Shown here: positions 1 through 8,118 of the stretch, piece after piece
Layout of the letters: each line of letters opens with the position of its first letter
How positions within the stretch are numbered: the stretch's first letter is position 1
Source of the DNA: Patescibacteria group bacterium
Lineage (GTDB): Bacteria; Patescibacteriota; UBA1384; XYA2-FULL-43-10
Assembly: GCA_041674405.1 (NCBI GenBank)
Contig: JBAYVT010000002.1
Location: 60,001 to 92,000, forward strand
Direction of reading: 5' to 3'
Length of the DNA: 32,000 nt
The notes under the pieces: generated by a model
The model's input: only the letters and a program-made list of their open reading frames with translations
What the model was told of the DNA's origin: nothing
The model's database searches: none
Translations under genes and position numbers: made by a program

Positions 1-117
1 CTCGATTGCCAAATCCTCATCCCCACCAGCTTCAATAAGAGCTGATTTAACTTCCATCATTGGAAGACCAGTTTTGGCTCTGAGTTCTGCAATTTCTTTA
101 GCTGTAATATTTGCCAT
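1..117 (-). CDS. tsf: Elongation factor Ts, N-terminal fragment (gene runs off the window start)
   Basis: Reverse translation from the ATG at 117-115 gives [39 protein letters not shown], the UBA-like N-terminus typical of EF-Ts. A GGAGG Shine-Dalgarno lies at 125-121. The gene sits directly downstream of rpsB, as in the conserved rpsB-tsf operon. It is absent from the ORF track because the window edge truncates it. Confidence 0.85.
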   Translation of the reverse strand, partial: MANITAKEIAELRAKTGLPMMEVKSALIEAGGDEDLAIE

Positions 118-131
118 GTTCCTCCAAAAAA

Positions 132-836
132 TTAATTTTTATCGTTAGCCACCGCCCCTTTGTTTTCTTTGATCGTTTTTGCAAATAAATTTACAAATAG
201 GGCAATGGATTTTGTGGCATCGTCGTTAGCTGGAATAGGATAGTCGACTAGATTCGGATCAGCATTGGTATCTACTATACCAATTGTCGTAACCCCAGAT
301 TGAGTTGCTTCTTTTATGGCATTTTTTTCATCATGAACCCCAACCAGGATGATTACGTCAGGCTGTTTGGAAAGGCCGACAAGTCCTCCGACCAATCTCT
401 CGCCTTTTTCAATTTCTTTTGTAAGTTTTACTTTGTCGCGTTTTTTCATCTCTGCAAATTCTGGGCTCGATACGATCAATCTGGCTCTTTCCAATTTCTT
501 GAAAGCTTTCTGAACTGTGTTGAAATTTGTTAACATTCCACCCAGCCAACGAGAAACAATGTAAGGCATACCACAATCCTGAGCGCCTTTTTTGACAATC
601 TCTTGGGCCTGTTTTTTGGTACCAACAAATAGGACCGTTTTCCCTTCTTTGGCCGCTTCAGCTAAAAAATTCATCGCGTCGGAAAGCTGTGATTGCGTTT
701 TTTCCAGATCAATAACATGGACACCAGATTTGGCGCCAAAAATAAATTTGTCCATTTTGGGGTGCCAACGACTGGTTTTGTGCCCAAAATGAACGCCTGC
801 TTCGAGCATCTCTCGAAGTGTTGGTGTGGTAACCAT
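132..836 (-). CDS. rpsB: 30S ribosomal protein S2
   Basis: 234-aa ORF. The N-terminus [22 protein letters not shown] and the later [12 protein letters not shown] are hallmark S2 sequences. An AAGGAG SD precedes the ATG. Confidence 0.97.
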   Translation of the reverse strand: MVTTPTLREMLEAGVHFGHKTSRWHPKMDKFIFGAKSGVHVIDLEKTQSQLSDAMNFLAEAAKEGKTVLFVGTKKQAQEIVKKGAQDCGMPYIVSRWLGGMLTNFNTVQKAFKKLERARLIVSSPEFAEMKKRDKVKLTKEIEKGERLVGGLVGLSKQPDVIILVGVHDEKNAIKEATQSGVTTIGIVDTNADPNLVDYPIPANDDATKSIALFVNLFAKTIKENKGAVANDKN

Positions 837-979
837 AAACGATTCTCCTTTTTAACCTCCGCCTTACGATTTACCTCGGCCCGAAGATTTCGGGACGGGC
901 AAAGGATTTTTTAATCTCGGCTCGCCCAAAGGACGAGACGGATGAGAAAGGCGTGTGAATTTATTAACAATTAATTACT
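837..979 (-). promoter_or_regulatory. Long structured 5' leader of rpsB (candidate S2 autoregulatory leader)
   Basis: About 140 nt separate the predicted promoter from the rpsB ATG, and this stretch is much more GC-rich than normal intergenic DNA here. On the minus strand it contains two hairpins: CTCGTCC-TTT-GGGCGAG and CCCGAA-ATC-TTCGGG. A GGCGGAGG stretch lies next to the AAGGAG SD. Confidence 0.45.
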
Positions 980-985
980 TTTAAG

Positions 986-1014
986 ACATTATCATATTTT
1001 TTGGATAATTTCAA
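986..1014 (-). promoter_or_regulatory. Sigma70-type promoter for rpsB-tsf
   Basis: On the minus strand: TTGAAA (1014-1009), a 17-nt spacer ending in TGa, then TAATGT (991-986). This is an extended -10 arrangement. Confidence 0.5.
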
Positions 1015-1034
1015 TATTTAACCCGAACAATCCC

Positions 1035-1063
1035 TTGACATAATTTAAAAATATTGTTAAAGT
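1035..1063 (+). promoter_or_regulatory. Sigma70-type promoter driving the structured RNA and tRNA-Ile
   Basis: TTGACA at 1035-1040, a 17-nt spacer ending in TGt, then TAAAGT at 1058-1063. It is divergent from the rpsB promoter, about 20 bp away. Confidence 0.55.
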
Positions 1064-1069
1064 CGTTTT

Positions 1070-1250
1070 TGTCGGTTTCGCGGGAGATCGAAACCTGACG
1101 GGGCGAGGGTTCAAGGAGTCCGCTCCAGTCTCCCGCCTAATGGTGGCGAAGCGAAAGCTTATTGCCGAGAGGCAATCGCAAGTAACCAATCTTGCCGCCA
1201 TCCCAAACATTAAACCGCCCATGGGCGGTTAAGCTTGCCTCTTTGGAGGC
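1070..1250 (+). ncRNA. Unassigned GC-rich structured RNA candidate, probably co-transcribed with tRNA-Ile
   Basis: The line starting at 1081 has 38 G+C per 60 nt, in an AT-rich genome. Several strong helices are visible. GGTTTCG/CGAAACC encloses CGGGAGA, which can alternatively pair with a downstream TCTCCCG (pseudoknot-like). An 11-bp helix joins ATGGTGGCGAAG to CTTGCCGCCAT. There is a hairpin ATTGCC-GAGA-GGCAAT with a GNRA loop, the palindrome AACCGCCC-AT-GGGCGGTT, and TGCCTC-TTTG-GAGGCA. It lies between a good promoter and the tRNA. The only ORF here (992..1222, minus strand) looks spurious. Confidence 0.4.
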
Positions 1251-1251
1251 A

Positions 1252-1328
1252 GGGTACGTAGCTCAGTTGGATAGAGCGTCTCCCTGATAAGGAGAAGGCC
1301 GGGGGTTCAATCCCCTCCGTACCCACCA
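1252..1328 (+). tRNA. tRNA-Ile (anticodon GAU) with genomically encoded CCA
   Basis: Manual cloverleaf. Acceptor GGGTACG/CGTACCC. D-arm GCTC-AGTTGGATA-GAGC. Anticodon stem TCTCC/GGAGA with loop CTGATAA (anticodon GAT). Variable loop AGGCC. T-arm GGGGG-TTCAATC-CCCTC. Discriminator A, then CCA at 1326-1328. Confidence 0.93.
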
Positions 1329-1333
1329 CCCTT

Positions 1334-1372
1334 CCCTCTCTGCGCCTCGCGCAGAGAGGGTTTCCCGTTTTT
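1334..1372 (+). terminator. Rho-independent terminator after tRNA-Ile
   Basis: An 11-bp GC-rich stem CCCTCTCTGCG/CGCAGAGAGGG (1334-1360) with a 5-nt loop, followed by TTTCCCGTTTTT. Confidence 0.7.
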
Positions 1373-1414
1373 AGGCTTGATTTTAAGTCAATATTCTGTT
1401 AATATAATTTCGTT

Positions 1415-1708
1415 ATGAAAAAAGTCATTCATCCAACTTATTATCCTGAGGCTAAGGTCACATGTGCATGTGGTGCAACTTTTACTATGGGATCAACCGA
1501 AAAAGAGATTCATGTAGAAATCTGCTCCGCCTGTCACCCATACTTTACCGGCAAAGAAAAACTGGTTGATACCGCTGGCCGCGTCGATAAATTTAAAGAG
1601 CGAATGGAAGCAGCCAAGAAGTTCAAAGAAACTAAAGAACTGAAGAACAAAAGAACCGAAGAACCAAAAGAGAATACTTCCAAAAACGAAAAATCTGAAG
1701 ATAAATAG
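1415..1708 (+). CDS. rpmE: 50S ribosomal protein L31 (Zn-ribbon type) with Lys/Glu-rich C-terminal extension
   Basis: [10 protein letters not shown]...VTCACG...[28 protein letters not shown] is the canonical L31 pattern, with CxC and CxxC zinc ligands. About 28 extra K/E-rich residues follow at the C-terminus. Confidence 0.93.
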   Translation: MKKVIHPTYYPEAKVTCACGATFTMGSTEKEIHVEICSACHPYFTGKEKLVDTAGRVDKFKERMEAAKKFKETKELKNKRTEEPKENTSKNEKSEDK

Positions 1709-1727
1709 CTCAATTTGAGATACAATG

Positions 1728-1757
1728 AAACCAGCGAGAATTTTCAAGCTGGTTTTT
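1728..1757 (+). terminator. Rho-independent terminator after rpmE
   Basis: Stem AAACCAGC (1728-1735) pairs with GCTGGTTT (1748-1755) and runs into a T tract. It lies 20 nt after the rpmE stop. Confidence 0.55.
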
Positions 1758-1798
1758 CATTATCTAACATAAGCCCAATAAGTCTTATTAGAATTTTT

Positions 1799-2872
1799 AT
1801 GAACGATAAACTACAAAAAATTTTAGATCGTTATTACAAACTCGATAATAAACTCAAGGATCCGGCGTTATCGTCAAATCCCGAGGAATTGGCTCACGTC
1901 GCTAAAGAAAAAGCTGAGATCGAAGATGATGCCAAAAAAATCGAGCGTTATTTTCAAATTGAAAAAAATATTGAAGAAAATAAAGAAATAATTCGCGATA
2001 ATGATCCCGAACTTTCTGAAATCGCAGAGTCCGAGCTCGATGATTTAACAGCGGAAAAATCTAATCTGGAACAAGATTTGAAGCGTCTCCTCGTTCCGGA
2101 AGATCCAATGGACAAAAAAAACGTCATCATCGAAATTCGCCCGGCAGCCGGTGGTGATGAGTCAGAGCTTTTCGCTGCTAAGATTTTTCGGATGTACTCT
2201 CGCTACGCTGAGCGCCAGGGTTGGAAAATGGAAATTTTAAATTCATCAATGAGTGGGATTGGGGGCATTAAGGACCTTTCATTTGAAATTAAAGGCGACA
2301 AGGTCTATTCGAAAATGAAATACGAATCAGGTGTTCATCGAGTCCAGAGAGTACCAGAAACTGAAAAAGCCGGCAGAATTCATACCTCAACAGTTACCGT
2401 GGCGGTACTTCCGGAAGCTGAGGAAGCTGATATTGAAATAAAACCCGAGGACCTTCGAATCGATGTTTTTCGATCCTCCGGCCCTGGCGGCCAATCGGTA
2501 AATACAACTGATTCCGCCGTTCGAATCACGCATACACCAACCGGGCTTGTGGTTACCTGCCAAGATGAAAAATCGCAATTGAAAAATAAGGCAAAAGCCC
2601 TGAACATCTTACGCTCTCGGCTTCTTTCGGCTGAAGAAGAAAGGTTATCCAAAGAAAGGGGAGATGCTCGCCGTTCGCAGATCGGCACCGGAGATAGATC
2701 GGAAAAAATCCGCACTTATAACTTCCCCCAAGATCGCATTACCGATCACCGGATCAATATGTCCTGGCATTCATTGCCAAAAATTATGGATGGTGATATT
2801 GAGCCGATAATTACTGCCCTCATTGCGGAAGACCAAGCACGAAAATTACAATCTGAATCTAATGAATCTTAA
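1799..2872 (+). CDS. prfA: Peptide chain release factor 1
   Basis: GGQ motif ([24 protein letters not shown]). The RF1-type PxT tripeptide is present as [18 protein letters not shown] start the gene at ATG 1799 ([10 protein letters not shown]...). The TTG at 1715 in the ORF track overlaps the rpmE terminator hairpin. Confidence 0.92.
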   Translation: MNDKLQKILDRYYKLDNKLKDPALSSNPEELAHVAKEKAEIEDDAKKIERYFQIEKNIEENKEIIRDNDPELSEIAESELDDLTAEKSNLEQDLKRLLVPEDPMDKKNVIIEIRPAAGGDESELFAAKIFRMYSRYAERQGWKMEILNSSMSGIGGIKDLSFEIKGDKVYSKMKYESGVHRVQRVPETEKAGRIHTSTVTVAVLPEAEEADIEIKPEDLRIDVFRSSGPGGQSVNTTDSAVRITHTPTGLVVTCQDEKSQLKNKAKALNILRSRLLSAEEERLSKERGDARRSQIGTGDRSEKIRTYNFPQDRITDHRINMSWHSLPKIMDGDIEPIITALIAEDQARKLQSESNES

Positions 2873-3725
2873 AACCGCTTTTTTGCGCGCCAAAAATGAA
2901 CTCAATGCAATAGGCATTAAAACAGCCGAACTCGATGCCAAAGTTTTGCTTTTGCAGGTTATCGAAGAAAATGATGTTTATCTTTTGAAAAATCCCCTTT
3001 TCCCTTTAACCAACTCGCAATATTCAAAATTCCGCCGATGTATTCGCCGGCGAAAGTCTGGCGAACCGGTCGCCTATATTCTCGGCCATAAAGAATTTTT
3101 TGGTTTTGATTTTAAGGTAAACAAAAATGTCCTCATTCCACGACCGGAAACCGAACTCATCGTCGAGCAAGCAATCGAGTTTATAAAGCATAAAGTCCAA
3201 AAATTCGAAGGCAAATTAAACATCATCGATATTGGCACCGGTTCCGGCTGCATTATAATTTCAATCGCAAATTCTCTACGGACTATGGGCTATGGACTAC
3301 GTGCTAAATTGTATGCAAGTGATATTTCTGATAAAGCACTGCGAGTCGCCAGACTGAATGCCAAGAAGAATGGGGTTAATAAACAAATTAAATTTTTCCG
3401 TTCGGACCTATTTTCGAATGGAAAATTGCCAAAAAAATTCGATTTAATTTTAGCAAATCTGCCTTACCTAAAATCGAATTATAAAAATCTGGATTCCGAA
3501 CCAAAAATCGCACTCGACGGAGGAAGGAATGGATTGAAAATTGTCAGCTCATTAATTGAGCTTTTGCCGGAAAAATTAAACCGCAGCGGCATTGCCCTCC
3601 TAGAGATTGACAACGATCAACCAGAAAAAATTAAAAAAAACGTTGGTAATATTCCAAATTTAAAATTTGAAGAAGTAAAATCCATTCCTCATTGGCACGG
3701 CACGATAAAAATTTCAAGAAATTGA
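2862..3725 (+). CDS. prmC: Release-factor glutamine N5-methyltransferase (HemK/PrmC family)
   Basis: SAM-binding [11 protein letters not shown], the conserved [16 protein letters not shown] and LIPRPETE blocks, and position directly after prfA, overlapping it by 11 nt if the ATG at 2862 is used. The catalytic tetrapeptide reads NLPY rather than NPPY. Confidence 0.85.
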   Translation: MNLKTAFLRAKNELNAIGIKTAELDAKVLLLQVIEENDVYLLKNPLFPLTNSQYSKFRRCIRRRKSGEPVAYILGHKEFFGFDFKVNKNVLIPRPETELIVEQAIEFIKHKVQKFEGKLNIIDIGTGSGCIIISIANSLRTMGYGLRAKLYASDISDKALRVARLNAKKNGVNKQIKFFRSDLFSNGKLPKKFDLILANLPYLKSNYKNLDSEPKIALDGGRNGLKIVSSLIELLPEKLNRSGIALLEIDNDQPEKIKKNVGNIPNLKFEEVKSIPHWHGTIKISRN

Positions 3726-3750
3726 AAAATCCGCCATCGGGCGGATTTTT
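3725..3750. terminator. Bidirectional hairpin terminator between convergent prmC and the htrA-like gene
   Basis: A perfect palindrome AAAAATCCGCC-ATCG-GGCGGATTTTT, with an A tract on one side and a T tract on the other. Confidence 0.75.
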
Positions 3751-3802
3751 CATATACTTGTGATAATTTGCGTAAAGGATTATGCACGCTACTCTGATTA
3801 TC

Positions 3803-5029
3803 TTATTGTGATTGCTGAAGTACTACCTTCACATCTTTTTCATCACCCTTAGAGAGAATACGAAGTGTAATCGTGTCTCCGATTTTGTATTGCTGGATAA
3901 GGTTTACAAGGCTATGATCAACATCAACTTTTTCTCCGTTTATCTCTAGAATAATATCGTTTTCAACAATTCCTGCTTTATCTGCCGGCGATCCTGGCAC
4001 AACAGCAACTTGTCCAAGGCCATTACCCCGAATTACGAGTGCCCCATAATCAACGGACAAATTATTCTGTTGTGCAATATCTTTGGTAATTTGAATATAT
4101 CTTACTCCAAGATACGGACGAACAATTTTTCCGGTAGCCTTGATGCTGTCGATAGCCGTTTTTGCTACATTGATCGGAATAGCAAAACCGATTCCTTGTG
4201 CATTTGATGCTACCGCCGTATTTATTCCGATAACCTGGCCAGCCAAATTGACTAACGGCCCACCAGAATTTCCGGGGTTAATCGCGGCATCGGTTTGTAA
4301 AAGCCCGGTTAAATCTTCAGATGTCGTTCCCGTGGAATCTGATGCCTGAACTGATCGATTTACTCCCGAAATTACCCCTTGGGTAACAGTATTCTGATAT
4401 TGCCCCAGAGCATTTCCTACCGCTACAACCCATTGCCCAACAACCAATTGGTCCGAGTCGCCAAGTTCCACTACCGGCAAATTATTAGCGTCGATTTTGA
4501 CTACAGCCAAATCCTGCGTAGGATCGAGTGATTGAACTGTTGCGTCAAATGATCTACCATCGGCCAGAACAACGGTGTATTGGGTATTGGTATCAGAAAC
4601 GACATGCTTATTAGTGAGAATCAATCCGTCATTCGTGATGATGAAGCCCGTTCCGGCGCCCTGTGATTGAACAGTTTGGCCAAATAAATTCTGATAAGTT
4701 GATTTAGATACGATTGAAACCACCGAAGGAGAGACCTTTTTGCTCGCATCGATCACCGCATTGGATTCCTGTAGTACTAATTTCTGGGTGGTGGTTGTTC
4801 CAATTGATAGATTGCCAACATTTTTTACCCCAAGCTTGTTGGCGATTGCGCCATTGTTTGTAAATAATACAACGATTGCAAACATGCCTCCTATTATTCC
4901 CAAAACAAACGCTGTGATTACAACAAATACTGATAAAACAAGGGCCTTGCTTTTTCTTTTGGGTGTAACACTTGGCATTTCCGGGCTACCAAAATTGCTA
5001 TCTTCTATTTTTATTTCTTGAGGAGACAT
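3803..5029 (-). CDS. HtrA/DegP-family serine protease with N-terminal membrane anchor and C-terminal PDZ domain
   Basis: Trypsin-like catalytic residues (TNKHVV ... D ... GNSGGPLVN). A C-terminal PDZ-like region (GSPADKAGIVENDIILEINGEKV). A hydrophobic anchor ALVLSVFVVITAFVLGIIGGMFAIVVLF. The ATG at 5029 has a GGAGG 4 nt upstream, whereas the TTG at 5032 in the track is too close to the SD. Confidence 0.9.
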   Translation of the reverse strand: MSPQEIKIEDSNFGSPEMPSVTPKRKSKALVLSVFVVITAFVLGIIGGMFAIVVLFTNNGAIANKLGVKNVGNLSIGTTTTQKLVLQESNAVIDASKKVSPSVVSIVSKSTYQNLFGQTVQSQGAGTGFIITNDGLILTNKHVVSDTNTQYTVVLADGRSFDATVQSLDPTQDLAVVKIDANNLPVVELGDSDQLVVGQWVVAVGNALGQYQNTVTQGVISGVNRSVQASDSTGTTSEDLTGLLQTDAAINPGNSGGPLVNLAGQVIGINTAVASNAQGIGFAIPINVAKTAIDSIKATGKIVRPYLGVRYIQITKDIAQQNNLSVDYGALVIRGNGLGQVAVVPGSPADKAGIVENDIILEINGEKVDVDHSLVNLIQQYKIGDTITLRILSKGDEKDVKVVLQQSQ

Positions 5030-5141
5030 CAATCCTCCATACTTAATTCTATATACAAACTAAAATTATACTTTAGATATTCAGTAAGTTCAATGTACGA
5101 TTAAATTCTACCCCTAATATACTGAGAATTCCCTTAAAAAA

Positions 5142-5705
5142 TTAAGAGCTTTTGCGAATAAAATTTTTAAGCTTTAACTCATCATCTTTAAGCTCACGCT
5201 CTAGTACCACCCAGCCATTTTTATCCAGATTCACATTTGGCACGATATGCAACTTTCCGTCATCTGCAACAATCCGGACCTTTCTTATGTCAACTTTTTG
5301 AATCACGCCTTCGACATCACCGGTCTTAACCCTGAATCCAACCTCAAAATCTTCATCTTTAGCTAAAAAGACGCCGGAAATAATATCCGAAGTCAAGGTT
5401 GTGGCACCATTCGCCAAAGCTAAACCAAGAACTAGAAGCGATCCTGAGATGGTGATTGCGATTGAAGTAAAACCAAGCGCTCTTGCCATTTCTCCAAATA
5501 ATAATACCCAGAATATAATTGTTAGCATCGAAATAATTATTCCGGATAATGCTTTTGGCACCTTAGTATATTTCAAAGTGTTTTTTAAAACCGAAAGCAC
5601 AATGCGTATAATTATGTAACCTATTACCAAGCCAAGCACTACAAAAGGAAGCTTGGGCAGATAATTCAAGATGGGATCCCAAAATCTCGTAACGATATAA
5701 TTCAT
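5142..5705 (-). CDS. Small MscS-family mechanosensitive channel-like membrane protein
   Basis: Three hydrophobic helices followed by a beta-rich region (FRVKTGDVEGVIQKVDIRKVRIVADDGKLHIVPNVNL) resembling the MscS core. ATGA overlap with the gatB stop. Confidence 0.65.
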   Translation of the reverse strand: MNYIVTRFWDPILNYLPKLPFVVLGLVIGYIIIRIVLSVLKNTLKYTKVPKALSGIIISMLTIIFWVLLFGEMARALGFTSIAITISGSLLVLGLALANGATTLTSDIISGVFLAKDEDFEVGFRVKTGDVEGVIQKVDIRKVRIVADDGKLHIVPNVNLDKNGWVVLERELKDDELKLKNFIRKSS

Positions 5706-7117
5706 TTGCTCTCCAATCTCTCAGTAATTAATTTATTTATGATCTGCGGATTGGCTTTTCCACCCATTTCGCGCATAACAAGACCAACAAAAAAACCTAA
5801 AAGTTTTTTCTCACCAGTTCGATATCGCTCAGCCTCGGCCGGATTCTCTGAAATTATCTTGTCAACAATTTTTCCAACTGAGTCTTCGTCGGAAACTTGT
5901 TCGAGGCCTTCGGCCTTAATAATTTCAGCTGCAGTTGTACCGCTTTCAACCATTTTAGAGAAAATGTTCTTTGCAGTGTTGTACGAAATTTTTCCTGATT
6001 TTATAAAAGAAAGAAGGTCACCAAGATGTGTTATTGGAACCCGTTTTTTGTACTCTTCATATGTGAGCTTTTTGTTGGCAATTTCCCGGCTGACTTCTTC
6101 GGTCACCCAGAGAGCCAATGCTTTTTCTAATTTTTCCGCATCCTTAAGATAAGTCGCATGATCAATATTTGAGACAATTTTATCAGCAATGTTTTCTGGA
6201 ATTTCAGATTCATTAAGATGTGCTTTGAGTGTTGCGGGTGTATGCCCAATAGATTTTTTAATTGTTTCAACCGCATCGTTCGGGGTTTTGACCGGTGGTA
6301 AATCAGGTTCTGGAAAATATCGATAGTCGGCAGCTTCCTCTTTGCGGCGTTGTTCGAAAGTAATATCTTTTTTGCTGTCATAACCTCGAGTGATCTTCGA
6401 TTTTTTTTCCGGCCAATTTTGGTAATCGTCTTCCAATCTTTTTGCTTCGATCAGAAGCGCCCTTTCAATAAATTTGAACGAATTAATATTCTTGAGTTCA
6501 ACTATTGGCGACATCTTTCCATTTTCATCCTTCACATCAATATTGGCATCGCAGCGCAAATGTCCCTTTTCCATCGATGCCTCGGAAACTCCGAGATATT
6601 TTACGAGAAGAACAAGTTCCTGCAAAAATTTTTTTGCTTCCGCCGGCGAGGTAATGTCCGGCTCGGTCACTATTTCCATAAGGGGTGTGCCGGCGCGGTT
6701 AAGGTCAACATAACTTGCACCATTTTTATGTATTAATTTGCCGGCATCTTCCTCGAGATGAATGCGGTTTAATCTAATTTTGTGCCCGTCAATTTCAAGA
6801 TGTCCCCCAATGCAAAAAGGTTGATCGTACTGGCTAACCTGAAAACCTTTTGGCAAATCCGGGTAGAAATAGTGTTTTCGGTCAAATTTTGAAAGGGGAT
6901 TGATTTTGCAATTCATAGCCAGGCCAGTCTTGATAGTCCACTCTATTGCTTGCTTATTCGCAACAGGCAACGCGCCTGGCATGCCAAGGCAGACTGGACA
7001 AACATTGGAGTTTGGCTCGGCAGATTCCGAATTATTGTCACATTCACAGAACATTTTGCTTTTCGTCGCAAGCTGTACATGAATTTCTAATCCGATTGTA
7101 GTTTTAAACTTAGGCAT
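5702..7117 (-). CDS. gatB: Asp-tRNA(Asn)/Glu-tRNA(Gln) amidotransferase subunit B
   Basis: The N-terminus TIGLEIHVQLATKSKMFC...CPVCLGMPGALPV and the C-terminal YqeY-like tail (LLGFFVGLVMREMGGKANP) are classic GatB. Confidence 0.96.
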   Translation of the reverse strand: MPKFKTTIGLEIHVQLATKSKMFCECDNNSESAEPNSNVCPVCLGMPGALPVANKQAIEWTIKTGLAMNCKINPLSKFDRKHYFYPDLPKGFQVSQYDQPFCIGGHLEIDGHKIRLNRIHLEEDAGKLIHKNGASYVDLNRAGTPLMEIVTEPDITSPAEAKKFLQELVLLVKYLGVSEASMEKGHLRCDANIDVKDENGKMSPIVELKNINSFKFIERALLIEAKRLEDDYQNWPEKKSKITRGYDSKKDITFEQRRKEEAADYRYFPEPDLPPVKTPNDAVETIKKSIGHTPATLKAHLNESEIPENIADKIVSNIDHATYLKDAEKLEKALALWVTEEVSREIANKKLTYEEYKKRVPITHLGDLLSFIKSGKISYNTAKNIFSKMVESGTTAAEIIKAEGLEQVSDEDSVGKIVDKIISENPAEAERYRTGEKKLLGFFVGLVMREMGGKANPQIINKLITERLESK

Positions 7118-7653
7118 TATCTTCCTTCGGAATCGTTAACATTATCTTCTTTGTATCGTGTCGCTTGTTCAGAACTGGTTCTCCAATCACCCTGTCCTGT
7201 GGTCACGGTCTTTGGTGTATCATGTTCACCAGCCAAATATCCGGGCAATGCATCTTCAACATGATCCCTTAAATAAGTGGCATTTCTCATATCTCTCCAT
7301 GAATGGTAGTATTTTGGAATGATCCCTTGATTTATCACGGATGAGGCATAATTCAAATATTGATCACTGGGCTTTAACTCAAGACTGGAAGCAAGATAGT
7401 CTTTCACCTGTTCGATGGAATTTGGGTCATAAGGGTCTAGTGAAGAAATACCAAGAATATTTGAAATGATAATCAATCGGACCAATGGACTTGATTGCTC
7501 TAAACCGGCAATAATATCATCGATCGTTTTTTCTTCGTTTCTATGTAAATGTTCACGTATAATTTGCGGAAACTGATCTGAAAAAAGTGAGACCTTTTCA
7601 ACAGCGTTTTCTGTTTCACCTGGAGGGATAGCTCCAATTCCTTCAGATTTCAT
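7117..7653 (-). CDS. Hypothetical protein (178 aa, acidic, no recognisable motif)
   Basis: A long ORF with host-like composition. Its stop overlaps the gatB ATG (TAATG), which implies translational coupling. I recognise no family. Confidence 0.6.
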   Translation of the reverse strand: MKSEGIGAIPPGETENAVEKVSLFSDQFPQIIREHLHRNEEKTIDDIIAGLEQSSPLVRLIIISNILGISSLDPYDPNSIEQVKDYLASSLELKPSDQYLNYASSVINQGIIPKYYHSWRDMRNATYLRDHVEDALPGYLAGEHDTPKTVTTGQGDWRTSSEQATRYKEDNVNDSEGR

Positions 7654-7671
7654 TATGTAAACCTCATTAAA

Positions 7672-8118
7672 TTATATTTCCTGAATATAAGCTAAAAATT
7701 TTTGGGTGGCAGACACTAACGTTTGTCGCCCGATTTCTCCGTTGTCATGGGCAATCTGATTTCTTATTTTATGCGCGTACCATACTGATTCATATGTATT
7801 CCTATCCATAAATTTTTCCGCCGCGCGCAATCTGTCAGCAAACGTTTCCCCTTCACAACCTTTCAATTTCAAAATGAAATCCACCAACTTGTCTGCTTCC
7901 AAAACCGCATGTTTTAGCTCAATTTTATTGTCCGAATTAGCAAGATCTAAAATTTCATTTCTTTTTGTGCGGATATAATTTTTCTCCTCGTTTGAAATTC
8001 CCCGCTTGACTTTGCCTTTCTTTCGAAATGGCAAAGTAACAAGCCACCATAACCCACGGAACAATCCTAAAACTATTACTTCCGGAACCGTTTGCTGATT
8101 TTTTTTATAATTTGCCAT
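7672..8118 (-). CDS. Hypothetical membrane-anchored protein with an RNxxAH (Rx4H, HEPN-like) motif
   Basis: 148 aa. N-terminal hydrophobic segment VIVLGLFRGLWWLVTL, a helical body, and the motif AHKIRNQIAHD (codons at 7764-7747). Its start overlaps the stop of the upstream cyclophilin gene by 1 nt. Confidence 0.6.
   Translation of the reverse strand: MANYKKNQQTVPEVIVLGLFRGLWWLVTLPFRKKGKVKRGISNEEKNYIRTKRNEILDLANSDNKIELKHAVLEADKLVDFILKLKGCEGETFADRLRAAEKFMDRNTYESVWYAHKIRNQIAHDNGEIGRQTLVSATQKFLAYIQEI

Noticed and set aside
992-1222. A 76-aa minus-strand ORF overlapping the promoter region and the structured RNA.
   Set aside because: It spans two divergent promoters, has no SD, and its sequence is explained by the GC-rich helices of the plus-strand RNA candidate.
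1070-1250. Identification of the structured RNA as SRP (4.5S) RNA, RNase P RNA, tmRNA, or a riboswitch (ZTP, guanidine or fluoride-like fragments such as CCGAGAGG and AACCGCCC caught my eye).
   Set aside because: SRP domain IV (GGAA tetraloop followed by GGAAGCAGC) is absent on both strands. The RNA is too short and lacks the conserved P4 3' strand needed for RNase P. It has no alanine-tRNA-like end or tag ORF for tmRNA. No regulated mRNA lies downstream, since it is followed by a tRNA and a terminator. I left it unassigned.
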